Origin: Candidatus Latescibacterota bacterium
Lineage (GTDB): Bacteria; Latescibacterota; UBA2968; UBA8231
DNA: 64,000 nucleotides
Reading direction: 5' to 3'
Assembly: GCA_965223905.1 (NCBI GenBank)
Contig: CBDCXV010000009.1
Coordinates: forward strand, 640,001-704,000
Part shown: in pieces, positions 28,355-37,630 of the stretch
Position numbering within the stretch: position 1 is the stretch's first letter
Layout: each line of letters opens with the position of its first letter
Program-made: the position numbers and the translations under genes
Notes under the pieces: generated by a model
The model's input: the letters and a program-made list of their open reading frames with translations, nothing else
Told to the model about the DNA's origin: nothing
Databases searched by the model: none

Positions 28355-28395
28355 AAGAAGGCGGATGACCCGTTTCGGGCCATCCGCCTTCTTTT
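28355..28395. terminator. Intrinsic (probably bidirectional) terminator between convergent operons
   Basis: aagaaggcggatg...catccgccttctttt long stem. Confidence 0.85.
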
Positions 28396-28427
28396 GTGTC
28401 CTTTGAGGCGCCTGCGGTCAGTTCGGC

Positions 28428-29147
28428 TCACTCTCCCGAGAGGTCAAAATGCCGGCCCTCCAGCGTCGGCGGAGGTGCCACGCGCACCAGGAACTGCCTC
28501 AGCGGCCTCGCCAGGGCGGACAGCAACTGGCGCTCCCCGCCGTCCCCGCCCCCCAGCAGGTTGACCTGCATCGGCTGCCAGTTGCTGCTGCGCTGGCGTT
28601 GCTGGGTCCAGGACCTCCCGGTCCTCAGGTTGATAAGCGAAAGTTCCAGGTCGACGGAGATGTTCATTCCCGGCGTGTGAACCATTCCGTAAGGGCTCGG
28701 CGATACTGGCGTCATCTGCGCCTGGAAGCCTTCGAGGACGACGTAGATCACCGCGTCGATCTCCAGCTCATCTCGCAGGGCGGTGCGATTCTCCTCGGCG
28801 GCAAGCCAGGTGGAGTCGAAGAATACCTCCTTGAAATGCCAGCGGATCTCGTCCTGGGTGATCACGCTGCTCTCCGGGAGGTTGCGGCCGAGCGACTTGG
28901 AGGTCGCATCGGTCAGGCGGCCCATCACCTTCTCTATGTCCACGCCCCGAACCGCCTCGATGGTTGTCCCGGACAGGACGCCGATAGTCTCCACGCCCTC
29001 GAGCAGTGGGGAGAGCTCCGGGTCGGGCAGGGCCGGCGCCCGGAATTCGACCTGCTTGAACGAGCCCCCGCCGGAGCGGCCGGCGCAACCGGCCAGACCA
29101 ACGGCGAACGCGGCGCCTATCAGAGCGACACTAAAAGCTTTTGCCAA
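28428..29147 (-). CDS. Hypothetical lipoprotein (possibly TolB_N/CsgG-like alpha/beta fold)
   Basis: Lipobox 'GLAG-C'; 'LEIDAVIYVVL' pattern; overlaps the Omp85 gene end. Confidence 0.6.
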   Translation of the reverse strand: MAKAFSVALIGAAFAVGLAGCAGRSGGGSFKQVEFRAPALPDPELSPLLEGVETIGVLSGTTIEAVRGVDIEKVMGRLTDATSKSLGRNLPESSVITQDEIRWHFKEVFFDSTWLAAEENRTALRDELEIDAVIYVVLEGFQAQMTPVSPSPYGMVHTPGMNISVDLELSLINLRTGRSWTQQRQRSSNWQPMQVNLLGGGDGGERQLLSALARPLRQFLVRVAPPPTLEGRHFDLSGE

Positions 29148-32100
29148 AGCTGAAGTGCATGCGCCAGTCGGAGAAGTCCTTCATATCCGTCTGGCGGGCG
29201 AACTCGAAGTTCATGGGAGCGAGGAAGTAGACGAGCAGGCCGAACCCCACTCCGGCGCGCAGCTTGCGCGGCTCTCCCTCTTCTTCGCGAGGGGCATCCG
29301 GCGGCATCAGCGGCCACGGGTCGAGCGTGTCTCCGTCGTTCCAGGTTCCGCCGAGATCGAAAAAGAAGCTGCCGTCGACCGCGGGGATGGCGAAAGTTCC
29401 GGGCCAGCCGAAGGTAATGTTGCGTATGAAGGGAACGCGGACCTCGCTGTTGACCAGGAGGACGCGGCTCCCGGTGAACTGGGAGAACGGGTACCCCCGC
29501 AGCGGTCCGACGTTGAGGTTGTAGCCCGGAAAGAAGGGCAGGACCCAGGAAGGTCCGCCGAGATTGTAGGTAAGCCCGTCCCTTCCCAGCGAGCCGACGC
29601 CGACGCCGCGCAATCCCAACACCGACCACCTGCCCAGGCGGATATAGTGGCGGTAGTCCGCTTCGATATGGGAGAATGAGCGGTCGCCGCCGGTGAGAAC
29701 CAGGGTGCGCCCGACCGAGAGGTAGTACTTGCGGCCCGACGTCGGCCCGAGCAGGCCGTTGTTGAGGGAATCGTGGATGTAGGCGGTTTTGAACAGGTGG
29801 GTGCTGAAGCTCTCGATAGTCTCCGTATCCGGCCAAACCAGCTCCCGCCGCTCGTCGACGAAGGAGTAGCTCAACTCGACGCGGCGGTATATGTCGAGGG
29901 GATAGGTCGCGTCGGTCAACAGCCCCCCCTGACGGCTTCGTACCAATCCGCGTACCAGGCGGCCGCGAAAGAAGAACAGGCGGTTCTCGGGGTCGTTGAA
30001 ATACTGATTCCAGTTGAAGATGGTGGCGCTGTATGTCGGGCGGCGTCCAAAGTAGCTGTAGCCGACGGCAAAGGTGAAGTCGTTGTTGATCTCCCGCGAG
30101 CCGATGTAGTCGGTGAACATCACCAGCGAGTGGTTGCCGAGGAGGTCGCTCATACTCAACTGGGCGATGCCGGACAGGAAGCCGTTAAAATACCCCATCT
30201 GAAAAGAAACGCCGTCGAACTCCAGCCTGGGTGTATAGCGCCGGCGCGGCAGTTCATCCAGGGCGAGGGTCCCATCCCCGGAGAGACTGGAATCGAGCTG
30301 AATACCAACGGAGGCCGGAGCCGGTGAGACCGCCTCCTCCGGGGAGTCGGGGGTTTCGGGAATCCCGGCAACGACGTCCAGCGGCTGAGAAACCTCCGCA
30401 AGCTTGACCGCCTTCCCCTGACCGGAGGCCGCCTGCTCCAGGAGAGGGGGAGCCGCATCGGCGAGGCCGTCCAGCGGCGCATCACGAAGGACCGCCGCCA
30501 ACGTGGACGTGTCCGCGGCTGCGGGGGCCTCGGGCGACGCAGCCTGAGGGGAGGCGGCAACAGCCCGGCCCGGCCCGGATACCCGGGCAGCGAACTGGGC
30601 ATTCCTGCTCTTGATTTCCGGCCAGCTCGGCATGTCGAGTCGGTACAATTCCTGGCGGCCGTGATAATAGGTTCCCAGCACGATCTGCTTGCCGTCGGGG
30701 GACAGCGCCGGCGACATGACGCCGCTGATGGTGCGCGTTATGCGGAACTCCCTCCCCGTCTCGAGGTGATAGACGAAGAGGTCGTTTATGCGCTCGCGCG
30801 TCGAGACGAAAAGCATCTTGTTGCCCTCGGGCAGCCACTGGGGCCACAAGTCGTCGGTCGGGCTGGAAATCAGGCCCCGAGTGCGGCCGGTCGTGACGTC
30901 GTACTCGCGGATGTCGAACTGGCCGTTGCGCTTGGCGCTGAACGCGATCCTGGCGCCATCCGGGGACCATGCCGGGTAATCTTCGCGGGTCGGAGTGCCT
31001 GTTACCTGGGTCAGCTGGCGGGTGTCGACGTCTACGAAATAGATGTCGCTCTGGCCGTACCCCGTGCCGACGAACGCCAAGCGCCGGCTTTCGGGAGCCC
31101 AATCGAGGCCCCGGATGACCTCGAGGTCTTCGAAGACGATGGTTCCGGTTACTTCCTTGTTGTAGAGGTCCCACAGAAGCAGCAGGTCCTTGGGCCCTTT
31201 CTTGGCGACGAAGGCGATGGTGCGGCCGTCGGGAGCCCAGGCGACCGAGCCCTGACCGAAAGTCAGGTCGTCGAAGATCGCCGTGCGCATCCCGGCGGTG
31301 ACGCGCTGTACCACGGTGCCGTTGCGCAGCCTGATGATGTCGACGTGCTGCTCGACGCCGTCGGTAGAGAGCACGGCGAGCATATCGCCACTGAGCGACC
31401 AGCGCGGTGCCGCGTAGAGCGAATGGATGTCGTCATCCTGCACGATCCGAGTGGCGAACTCCGAGACGTAGTCGCGGTTTTGAAGCAGCGGCCAGTACTT
31501 CTTGCGCATGTGCGCCTGCCAGCGCTCGTCGAGGGTCTTCATGTCGACGTCGAGCAGCCTTTCGAGGAGCTTGTCGGTGTCCGTCCGGCTGTCCCAGACG
31601 CGCAGGATGCGGCTGATCTTCTCCGGGCCGTAGTTCGCCGCCATGTACTCCATAAGGCTGTGGCCCTGCTTGTAAGCGAGGAACGTATTCGGCAGGTAGT
31701 CCCAGGAGGAGTCCATGACCTCCAGGGGAATCAGCTCGTCGGTGAGGACGGCGTCGCGCAGCACCATTTCGTCGATGGTGCCCATTCCGGCCTCCCCTTC
31801 GGCGAACTGCGCCATCCCCTCCATGATCCACGTGGGTGGGCGGGCGATCGGGTTGGTGATCCGTTTGACGGGTCCGCGGTTGACGATGTCGTACTGGAAG
31901 ATGTGCATCAGCTCGTGCACGAGTACGTTGCGGAAATTGTCGAGGTCGCCGTCGAAGGGGATGACCATGCGGTAGCGCAGCGGCTCGGCGAAGCCGGCCA
32001 CCCCTGGGGGAAGGAAGGCCTGGATGATGTTGGTCTGCTGGAACTCGTAGTGCGACTTGAAGATGACGATCGGCGGTTTCGTCGACAGCTCGTGGCGCAT

Positions 32101-32373
32101 CAGGGCGCTGATGTGATCGTAGGCCTCCTCGAGAAAGAGGATGGCGCGGTCGGCGAGATCCTCGAACTCCGGCTCGTAGAGCAGCCGCAGGTGCTCACTT
32201 TCGACCTCGTGCCAGTCGAAGTCCTTGTAGCGCACCTTGTTCTTGCCGAACCCCTGGCGCAATTGGGAGGACACGACGTCCTGGGCGGCCACCTCGCCCA
32301 CGCCCAGGAGGAGACTCACCAAGAGTGCTCCGAGGGGGCCGATGTTTTGAATGCCGGGTTTCAAAACTTTCAC
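29131..32373 (-). CDS. Peptidase-MA-like + PD40/TolB beta-propeller + Omp85/BamA-type barrel protein
   Basis: 'FGKNKVRY.DFDW'; 'VHELMHIFQY...WIMEGMAQ'; PD40 repeats 'PAWSPDG', 'PALSPDG'; Omp85 'LRGY' motif; ends 'FSFGKSF'. Confidence 0.85.
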   Translation of the reverse strand: MKVLKPGIQNIGPLGALLVSLLLGVGEVAAQDVVSSQLRQGFGKNKVRYKDFDWHEVESEHLRLLYEPEFEDLADRAILFLEEAYDHISALMRHELSTKPPIVIFKSHYEFQQTNIIQAFLPPGVAGFAEPLRYRMVIPFDGDLDNFRNVLVHELMHIFQYDIVNRGPVKRITNPIARPPTWIMEGMAQFAEGEAGMGTIDEMVLRDAVLTDELIPLEVMDSSWDYLPNTFLAYKQGHSLMEYMAANYGPEKISRILRVWDSRTDTDKLLERLLDVDMKTLDERWQAHMRKKYWPLLQNRDYVSEFATRIVQDDDIHSLYAAPRWSLSGDMLAVLSTDGVEQHVDIIRLRNGTVVQRVTAGMRTAIFDDLTFGQGSVAWAPDGRTIAFVAKKGPKDLLLLWDLYNKEVTGTIVFEDLEVIRGLDWAPESRRLAFVGTGYGQSDIYFVDVDTRQLTQVTGTPTREDYPAWSPDGARIAFSAKRNGQFDIREYDVTTGRTRGLISSPTDDLWPQWLPEGNKMLFVSTRERINDLFVYHLETGREFRITRTISGVMSPALSPDGKQIVLGTYYHGRQELYRLDMPSWPEIKSRNAQFAARVSGPGRAVAASPQAASPEAPAAADTSTLAAVLRDAPLDGLADAAPPLLEQAASGQGKAVKLAEVSQPLDVVAGIPETPDSPEEAVSPAPASVGIQLDSSLSGDGTLALDELPRRRYTPRLEFDGVSFQMGYFNGFLSGIAQLSMSDLLGNHSLVMFTDYIGSREINNDFTFAVGYSYFGRRPTYSATIFNWNQYFNDPENRLFFFRGRLVRGLVRSRQGGLLTDATYPLDIYRRVELSYSFVDERRELVWPDTETIESFSTHLFKTAYIHDSLNNGLLGPTSGRKYYLSVGRTLVLTGGDRSFSHIEADYRHYIRLGRWSVLGLRGVGVGSLGRDGLTYNLGGPSWVLPFFPGYNLNVGPLRGYPFSQFTGSRVLLVNSEVRVPFIRNITFGWPGTFAIPAVDGSFFFDLGGTWNDGDTLDPWPLMPPDAPREEEGEPRKLRAGVGFGLLVYFLAPMNFEFARQTDMKDFSDWRMHFSFGKSF

Positions 32374-33275
32374 CTGCTTTCCGGTTCACTTCCGGGAATT
32401 TGCCCGTCCGGGTCGCCACTCTCGCCAGCGTCGTCGCCGGACCCGACGGGGGCATCGGGAGCATCCAGTCCGAGATCCTCCAGCTCCGTTGCCAGCGAAT
32501 CGACCTGTTCCCCGTCTTTCAGAATCTCTCTCGACTTGCGTCCCTGCAGCCGCCGCAGGTTGGTCCTGTACGCCTCTCGCCTGGGATTGAGAGCCCGTGC
32601 CCGCTGATAGGCCAGCTCGGCTTTCTCCCGCTCTCCAAGGCGCTCGTACACGACGCCGAGATTGTTGGACAGGCTCGCCGATACGCTGTCCGCGGCGAGC
32701 GCCTTCTCGAGGTGGAACCGCGCTTCCTTCCACATTCCGTTCTCGATGCACCAGAGCGCGTATTCGTTTACTCGCTCGACGTTCTCCTTCTGTCTGCGGC
32801 CGCGCGCGGCGTGAAGCGATTTCAGCTCGCGATCCCGCTCCGGGCCCCAGTGGCCGGAGATCTCACTTCCCCCTGTGGCACCCCCGGGACCGCGACTTGG
32901 CGGTTCCTCCGCAGTTGAGGCGGGTCCGTCCATCCCGGCTGCGAAGGCCGGTTCCGTTGCCGCAGGATTCACCGGTAGCGAGTCTCCGGAACTGGCAACG
33001 GCGCTCGTAGCACCACCGCCGTCCACGGGAGAACCTGGGGCGACTCCACGGGCCGTATCTTCTTGGACAATCTCACCTTGCGGCCGGTTCCCCGGGTTCT
33101 CCCACCAAGGTTTCTCGGCATCGGGGCGGCGCTTGACCACCTCGAAACAGCCGCTCCAAACCAGGCATGCCCCGACAACCAGCGCGGCGCAAGGGGGCAG
33201 GGCGAGGCGCGTGCCCGGCCGGCAAGCGTCGATTCTTCCCGATTCTGAAGCGACCTTGCAAAAATTGGTTGCCAT
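32370..33275 (-). CDS. Tetratricopeptide-repeat (lipo)protein
   Basis: Possible lipobox 'VWSG-C'; TPR 'NNLGVVYERLGEREKAELAYQRARALNP'. Confidence 0.7.
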   Translation of the reverse strand: MATNFCKVASESGRIDACRPGTRLALPPCAALVVGACLVWSGCFEVVKRRPDAEKPWWENPGNRPQGEIVQEDTARGVAPGSPVDGGGATSAVASSGDSLPVNPAATEPAFAAGMDGPASTAEEPPSRGPGGATGGSEISGHWGPERDRELKSLHAARGRRQKENVERVNEYALWCIENGMWKEARFHLEKALAADSVSASLSNNLGVVYERLGEREKAELAYQRARALNPRREAYRTNLRRLQGRKSREILKDGEQVDSLATELEDLGLDAPDAPVGSGDDAGESGDPDGQIPGSEPESR

Positions 33276-33720
33276 GGGCTGTCTGCAATGCCGGAGACGG
33301 CGGGCTGAAATCCGCCTTCGGAACGGGGACGGGTATGCGACCGCACTGCTCTCCGATTCGGCCCGGAGTTCCAGCCGGCCCCGGTGCCGGCAAGTACGGT
33401 GCGACTACTGGTCGCTCTGCTGCACTTGCCGGCAGTTTTTCCAGCCGCGCTTCAAGGGGGCAGCGAAATCGACTTCGAGAATATAAGCAGTGACCTGCAG
33501 GACCCCATATGATCCGCATGAAAGTCGCTCCTGCGGGGGGGGATCGACGCAAAGCCCAAGGCTCGCAATGGAGGCCGGAGGATGGATCCAGAGGTGAAGA
33601 CGGTTCATTCGCAAGGGACCGCAGTTCAGAAGGGGATCAACAGGCTCCGCGGATATTCGCGATTTGCCTGCCGCGGCGGCCTGTCTGGGCAGCGGGGAAG
33701 TTATCTGGGCTCTGCCCGTT

Positions 33721-35094
33721 TCATTCGCCATCCGCGGTGGCATACCACCGGAAAGAAGGAAGCCGTCCGCGCAGGATTGGGACCGCGGCGAGTAGGAGGT
33801 AGAAGGGGGCGAACTCGACCCACTTGACCCACGCCTGCTCTTCCCAGACGCCCAGTTCGACGTAGCGTTCCAGTACCTCGTAGGAAAAAACCACCAGCCC
33901 CGAGAGGCAGAGCCAGGCGGGACTGGGGAAAAACGGCAGGAAGGGGAGAATCCAGAGCAGGTACCAGGGGTGCAGAGTCGGGGAGAACAGAATGAAGACG
34001 GCCAGAACCGCGAAAAGCACACGCAGCGGATTGGCGATGAGCACGGGAGCCGCAACGCAGGCGAACGCGACCCCACCGGCGCAGATCAGGCGGGCGGCTG
34101 CATGGGCCCCATCGGTCTCGACCCCGGCAAGCTGCAACCCTTCGAATACGACAGGGAAAACCGAGTCGTTGAAGCGCCATCTCGCCGCGTACGCCGACAG
34201 GCCGTCGAAAAGACCGGTACCTGCACCGGCGTAGGGAGCGTACCCGGCCAGGACCCCGAGAGGCAGAAGCAGAAACGGCAGGCGGCCCCCGGGGCGGAGC
34301 CAGGCGCGCAGGTCCTTCCCATCATGCTTCCCGAACTCGCGCCAGAAGAGCGGTGCCGCCAGCAGCGGGAACAGCTTGCCGAGCACGGCCGCAGCCAGCG
34401 TCAGGGCCGCGGCGGCCCGGCGGCCGTCCAGCATCAGGGCGGCGGCCGCCATCAGCAGCGCACTGCCGAGGGCGTCGATATGGCCGCTGCCGGCGATCTC
34501 GAGCACGGCGAGCGGGTTCCAGAGGTAGAGGAGGACCCATCTGGGGTCGCGCCCGATGCGCCGCAGCAGGAGGATCAGGGTTGCGGCCAGCAGCGCCTCG
34601 CAGCAGAGAAGGGCGATCTTCATCGCCGGCACGGTATGGCTGGCCGCGGAAACACCGAGAAAGAACAGCTGCGCCAGGGGCGGGTAGATCGTCGGCACGC
34701 TCTTGTGGTTGATGTGGGGGTAGTGGGCGTCTCGCAGCCCCTCCACGGCGGCATCCCCGGGGGCGTGCAGATAGGGATTGATTGCGGCGAGCTGGACGCG
34801 GCCGTCCCACAGGTAGCGGTAGATGTCGTCCGACAGACTGGGAGCCGCCGGCAGCAGGGTGAGGCGGAAAACCGCGGCGCCGATCAGGATTGCGGCCAGT
34901 GAGCCGCGCTGCCGCGCAACTGATGCCGCCCCCAGGAGATAACCGGCGAAGGCGATGGCGAACAGCATCCAGAACCGGGGCACGACAGGGCGCAGGTCTC
35001 CCTGTGCGGCGAGAACCAGCCAGGCTCCCTCGACAACGGCGGTGCCTATCCAGAGCGGGCCCTCTCTTCTCGAGCGCTGCAGCAGGGCGCGCAT
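33721..35094 (-). CDS. GT-C superfamily membrane glycosyltransferase (GT87/DUF2029-like)
   Basis: 'LSDDIYRYLWDG', 'TIYPPLAQ', 'LWNPL..LE..GSGH.D', 'HPWY'; many TM helices. Confidence 0.8.
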   Translation of the reverse strand: MRALLQRSRREGPLWIGTAVVEGAWLVLAAQGDLRPVVPRFWMLFAIAFAGYLLGAASVARQRGSLAAILIGAAVFRLTLLPAAPSLSDDIYRYLWDGRVQLAAINPYLHAPGDAAVEGLRDAHYPHINHKSVPTIYPPLAQLFFLGVSAASHTVPAMKIALLCCEALLAATLILLLRRIGRDPRWVLLYLWNPLAVLEIAGSGHIDALGSALLMAAAALMLDGRRAAAALTLAAAVLGKLFPLLAAPLFWREFGKHDGKDLRAWLRPGGRLPFLLLPLGVLAGYAPYAGAGTGLFDGLSAYAARWRFNDSVFPVVFEGLQLAGVETDGAHAAARLICAGGVAFACVAAPVLIANPLRVLFAVLAVFILFSPTLHPWYLLWILPFLPFFPSPAWLCLSGLVVFSYEVLERYVELGVWEEQAWVKWVEFAPFYLLLAAVPILRGRLPSFRWYATADGE

Positions 35095-35108
35095 TTGTGC
35101 GGGGGAAA

Positions 35109-35633
35109 TCAGTGGGTCAGCCGGCGGGCGCCCGCGTAGCGGCTGCCGAAATATGGCTGGTTGAGACTGTCGATCACACCGCCCCGGCTCAGGCTGGCGT
35201 GGATGAAGCGGTCATCCCCGACGTAGATGCCGACATGCGAAATGCCCGGGCCGGAGGCGGCAATGCGAAAAAAGAGGAGGTCTCCCGGCCGCAGGTCGTC
35301 ACGGCTGTTGATCGGGGCGCCGACGACGAACATCTGCTTCGAGGTTCTGGGGAGCTCGATTCCGTAAGCCTCGCGCACGATGGCCCGAGCCATGGCGGAG
35401 CAATCCATCCCCCTGCGGGTCGTTCCTCCCCATTTGTAGGGTATTCCGAGGTACCCGTTAGTCACCTGGAGCAACCGCCGGGGACTGCTGTTGCGCAGGG
35501 CGCGCTGGCGGGCCCGCAGCTCCTCCACGACCGCACGGCCACCGGTGGGCTCGCTCGTGTAGCGCGGTGCCGGTGCGCAGGCGGCCAGCAGGGAGAGCAG
35601 CGCGAAGACCGGCAACAGACGGCGTGCAATCAC
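35109..35633 (-). CDS. NlpC/P60 (C40) peptidoglycan peptidase lipoprotein
   Basis: Lipobox 'LAA-C'; 'GIPYKWGG...GMDCS', 'PGDLLFF', 'HVGIYVG..RFIHAS'. Confidence 0.92.
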   Translation of the reverse strand: MIARRLLPVFALLSLLAACAPAPRYTSEPTGGRAVVEELRARQRALRNSSPRRLLQVTNGYLGIPYKWGGTTRRGMDCSAMARAIVREAYGIELPRTSKQMFVVGAPINSRDDLRPGDLLFFRIAASGPGISHVGIYVGDDRFIHASLSRGGVIDSLNQPYFGSRYAGARRLTH

Positions 35634-36595
35634 GCCTGCCTCCGCAACAGCTCCAAGACCCTCTCCATATCCTCCGACAGCGGCGAGGAAAAGCCCGCGG
35701 TCTTTCCGGTGGAAGGGTGTTCGAAAACGAGCCTGCTCGCATGCAGGCCCTGGCGCCCGATCAGCTCGAGCGCCTGCCGCGCGAGGGAGCGGTGCTCCGC
35801 GGCGATTCCGCGCAGTCGGGAGCGTCCCCCGTAGACGGGATCGCCGAAAACGGGATGACCCGCGTGCTGCATGTGGACGCGAATCTGGTGGGTTCTGCCG
35901 GTTTCCAGCTCGACGCGGATCAGGCTCAGGAACGCGAACCGTTCACAGGTCCGGAAATGGGTGACTGCGCGGCGTCCCTTGTCGCGAACCGCCATCTTCA
36001 CCCGGTCGCGGGGGTTGCGGGCGATGGCGGCTTCGATCCGCCCGGCGCCCGGATCTCCCCAGACGACGGCGGTGTAGACACGGCTGAGGGTCCGCGCCTC
36101 GAGCTGGGCGGCGAGGTGGCGGTGGGCGCGGTCGTTCTTTGCGACGACCATCAGGCCGGTGGTGTCGCGGTCGAGACGGTGGACGATGCCGGGCCGCAGG
36201 GCCCCGTTGATGCCGGAAAGATCCTGGCAGCGGTGGAGGAGGGCGTTTACCAGCGTTCCCGTCCGGCATCCGGGAGCCGGGTGAACGGTCATCCCGGCGG
36301 CCTTGTCGACAACCAGAAGATCCTCGTCTTCGTACGGGACCGAGAGGGGGATCTCCTCTGGAAGAAGGTCGAGCCTGCCGGGGGCGGGGATCGTCATGTC
36401 GACGCGGTCTCCGGCCTTGACCCTGTAGCTGGCGCGCCGCGGTTCCCCCCCGACGCGAACGACTCCTTCGTCGATCAGCGTCTGAATACGGCTGCGCGAA
36501 AGGGAGCCGCAACGTTCGGCGAGGAAGCGGTCAAGACGCTCTCCTTCCTCCTCGTCGGTAATGACAACTCGAACCTGGGCGCCGGGGTGGGACAT
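35630..36595 (-). CDS. rluD: RluA-family 23S rRNA pseudouridine synthase (S4 domain)
   Basis: 'GERLDRFL', 'GIVHRLDRDTTG', 'ETGRTHQIRVH', 'GDPVYG'. Confidence 0.92.
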   Translation of the reverse strand: MSHPGAQVRVVITDEEEGERLDRFLAERCGSLSRSRIQTLIDEGVVRVGGEPRRASYRVKAGDRVDMTIPAPGRLDLLPEEIPLSVPYEDEDLLVVDKAAGMTVHPAPGCRTGTLVNALLHRCQDLSGINGALRPGIVHRLDRDTTGLMVVAKNDRAHRHLAAQLEARTLSRVYTAVVWGDPGAGRIEAAIARNPRDRVKMAVRDKGRRAVTHFRTCERFAFLSLIRVELETGRTHQIRVHMQHAGHPVFGDPVYGGRSRLRGIAAEHRSLARQALELIGRQGLHASRLVFEHPSTGKTAGFSSPLSEDMERVLELLRRQA

Positions 36596-36655
36596 GCGCA
36601 GCGGAGTTTGCAGCGTCCCGACGGGAGAACCGTGCGGGGGGTGAAGTGGGTGGCG

Positions 36656-37228
36656 TCAGCTCCCGGAGACGCGCTCGGACTCCGCGACGCCCGGCTCGCC
36701 CTCACCCGGCCGCGGCTCGGGATCCTTTCGACGGCTGTAGCCGATGGCGAGGATGACGATGCCGACGGTCACGAACGAGTCGGCGACGTTGAAGACCGGC
36801 CAGCGCCAGTCCGGCCCGATGCCGAAGTCGAAGAAGTCTATCACCTCCCCCAGGCGAATGCGGTCGATGATGTTGCCGAGCGCCCCGCCGAGAACCATGG
36901 TCACCGCCGCCCGCAACAGCCTTGAATCGGAGGGCAGGGTGCGGAACAGGTAGGCGAGAATGACGAGAGCCACTACCGACACGAAAGTGTGGATCTCGGG
37001 GCCGCCGAAGCTGAGACCGAAGGCGGCGCCGCGGTTGTGGATGTAGGTCAGGCGAAAGAAACCGCCGAGAATCTCTATCGAGTCGTTCCGCGCCATCGCG
37101 GTGGCGACCAGGAGCTTGGTCGCCTGGTCGAGCGCAAGAATCAGGGGAATGAGAAGGAGGGGGAGGGAAAGCCGCTGCCACGGGGATCTTCCGTCGCCGC
37201 CCGGGTTACCAGCCGCTGACCTTGTCAT
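36656..37228 (-). CDS. lspA: Lipoprotein signal peptidase II (start uncertain)
   Basis: 'DQATK', 'NRGAAFG', 'GGALGNIIDR', 'VIDF', 'FNVADS'. Confidence 0.92.
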   Translation of the reverse strand: MTRSAAGNPGGDGRSPWQRLSLPLLLIPLILALDQATKLLVATAMARNDSIEILGGFFRLTYIHNRGAAFGLSFGGPEIHTFVSVVALVILAYLFRTLPSDSRLLRAAVTMVLGGALGNIIDRIRLGEVIDFFDFGIGPDWRWPVFNVADSFVTVGIVILAIGYSRRKDPEPRPGEGEPGVAESERVSGS

Positions 37229-37586
37229 CCTTCGATTTGCAGGCGATGCACTGCGTTGCCGTCGGCACCGCCTCCAGCCTGGCGCGGCCGATCTCGCCGC
37301 CACAGACGCGGCAGACGCCGAAGGTTCCGTCCTCGATCCGCTGCAGGGCCTCGTCGAGGTAATCGATGTAGTTCCCCTCGCGCTGGGCGAGCAGCAGGTT
37401 CTTCTCCCGCTCCATGGCGTCGGTGCCGCGGTCGGCCATGTGCAGGGAGTACGCGGAGCGGTCTTCCGACGACTCCTGGGCGTCGTCGCTGCGAGAGACT
37501 CTTTCCAACTCTTCGAGGTCGGCATTCGCCTGAACCCGTTTTTCGGTCAGCAGGTTTTTGAAATACCCCAGATCTACGGCATCCAT
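37206..37586 (-). CDS. TraR/DksA C4-type zinc-finger protein
   Basis: 'ALQRIEDGTFGVCRVCG.EI..ARLEAVP....CIACK'. Confidence 0.9.
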   Translation of the reverse strand: MDAVDLGYFKNLLTEKRVQANADLEELERVSRSDDAQESSEDRSAYSLHMADRGTDAMEREKNLLLAQREGNYIDYLDEALQRIEDGTFGVCRVCGGEIGRARLEAVPTATQCIACKSKDDKVSGW

Positions 37587-37630
37587 CGGTTTTCAGCTTT
37601 CTGTGGTGATCATCTGAAAGTCTCGAAGGC

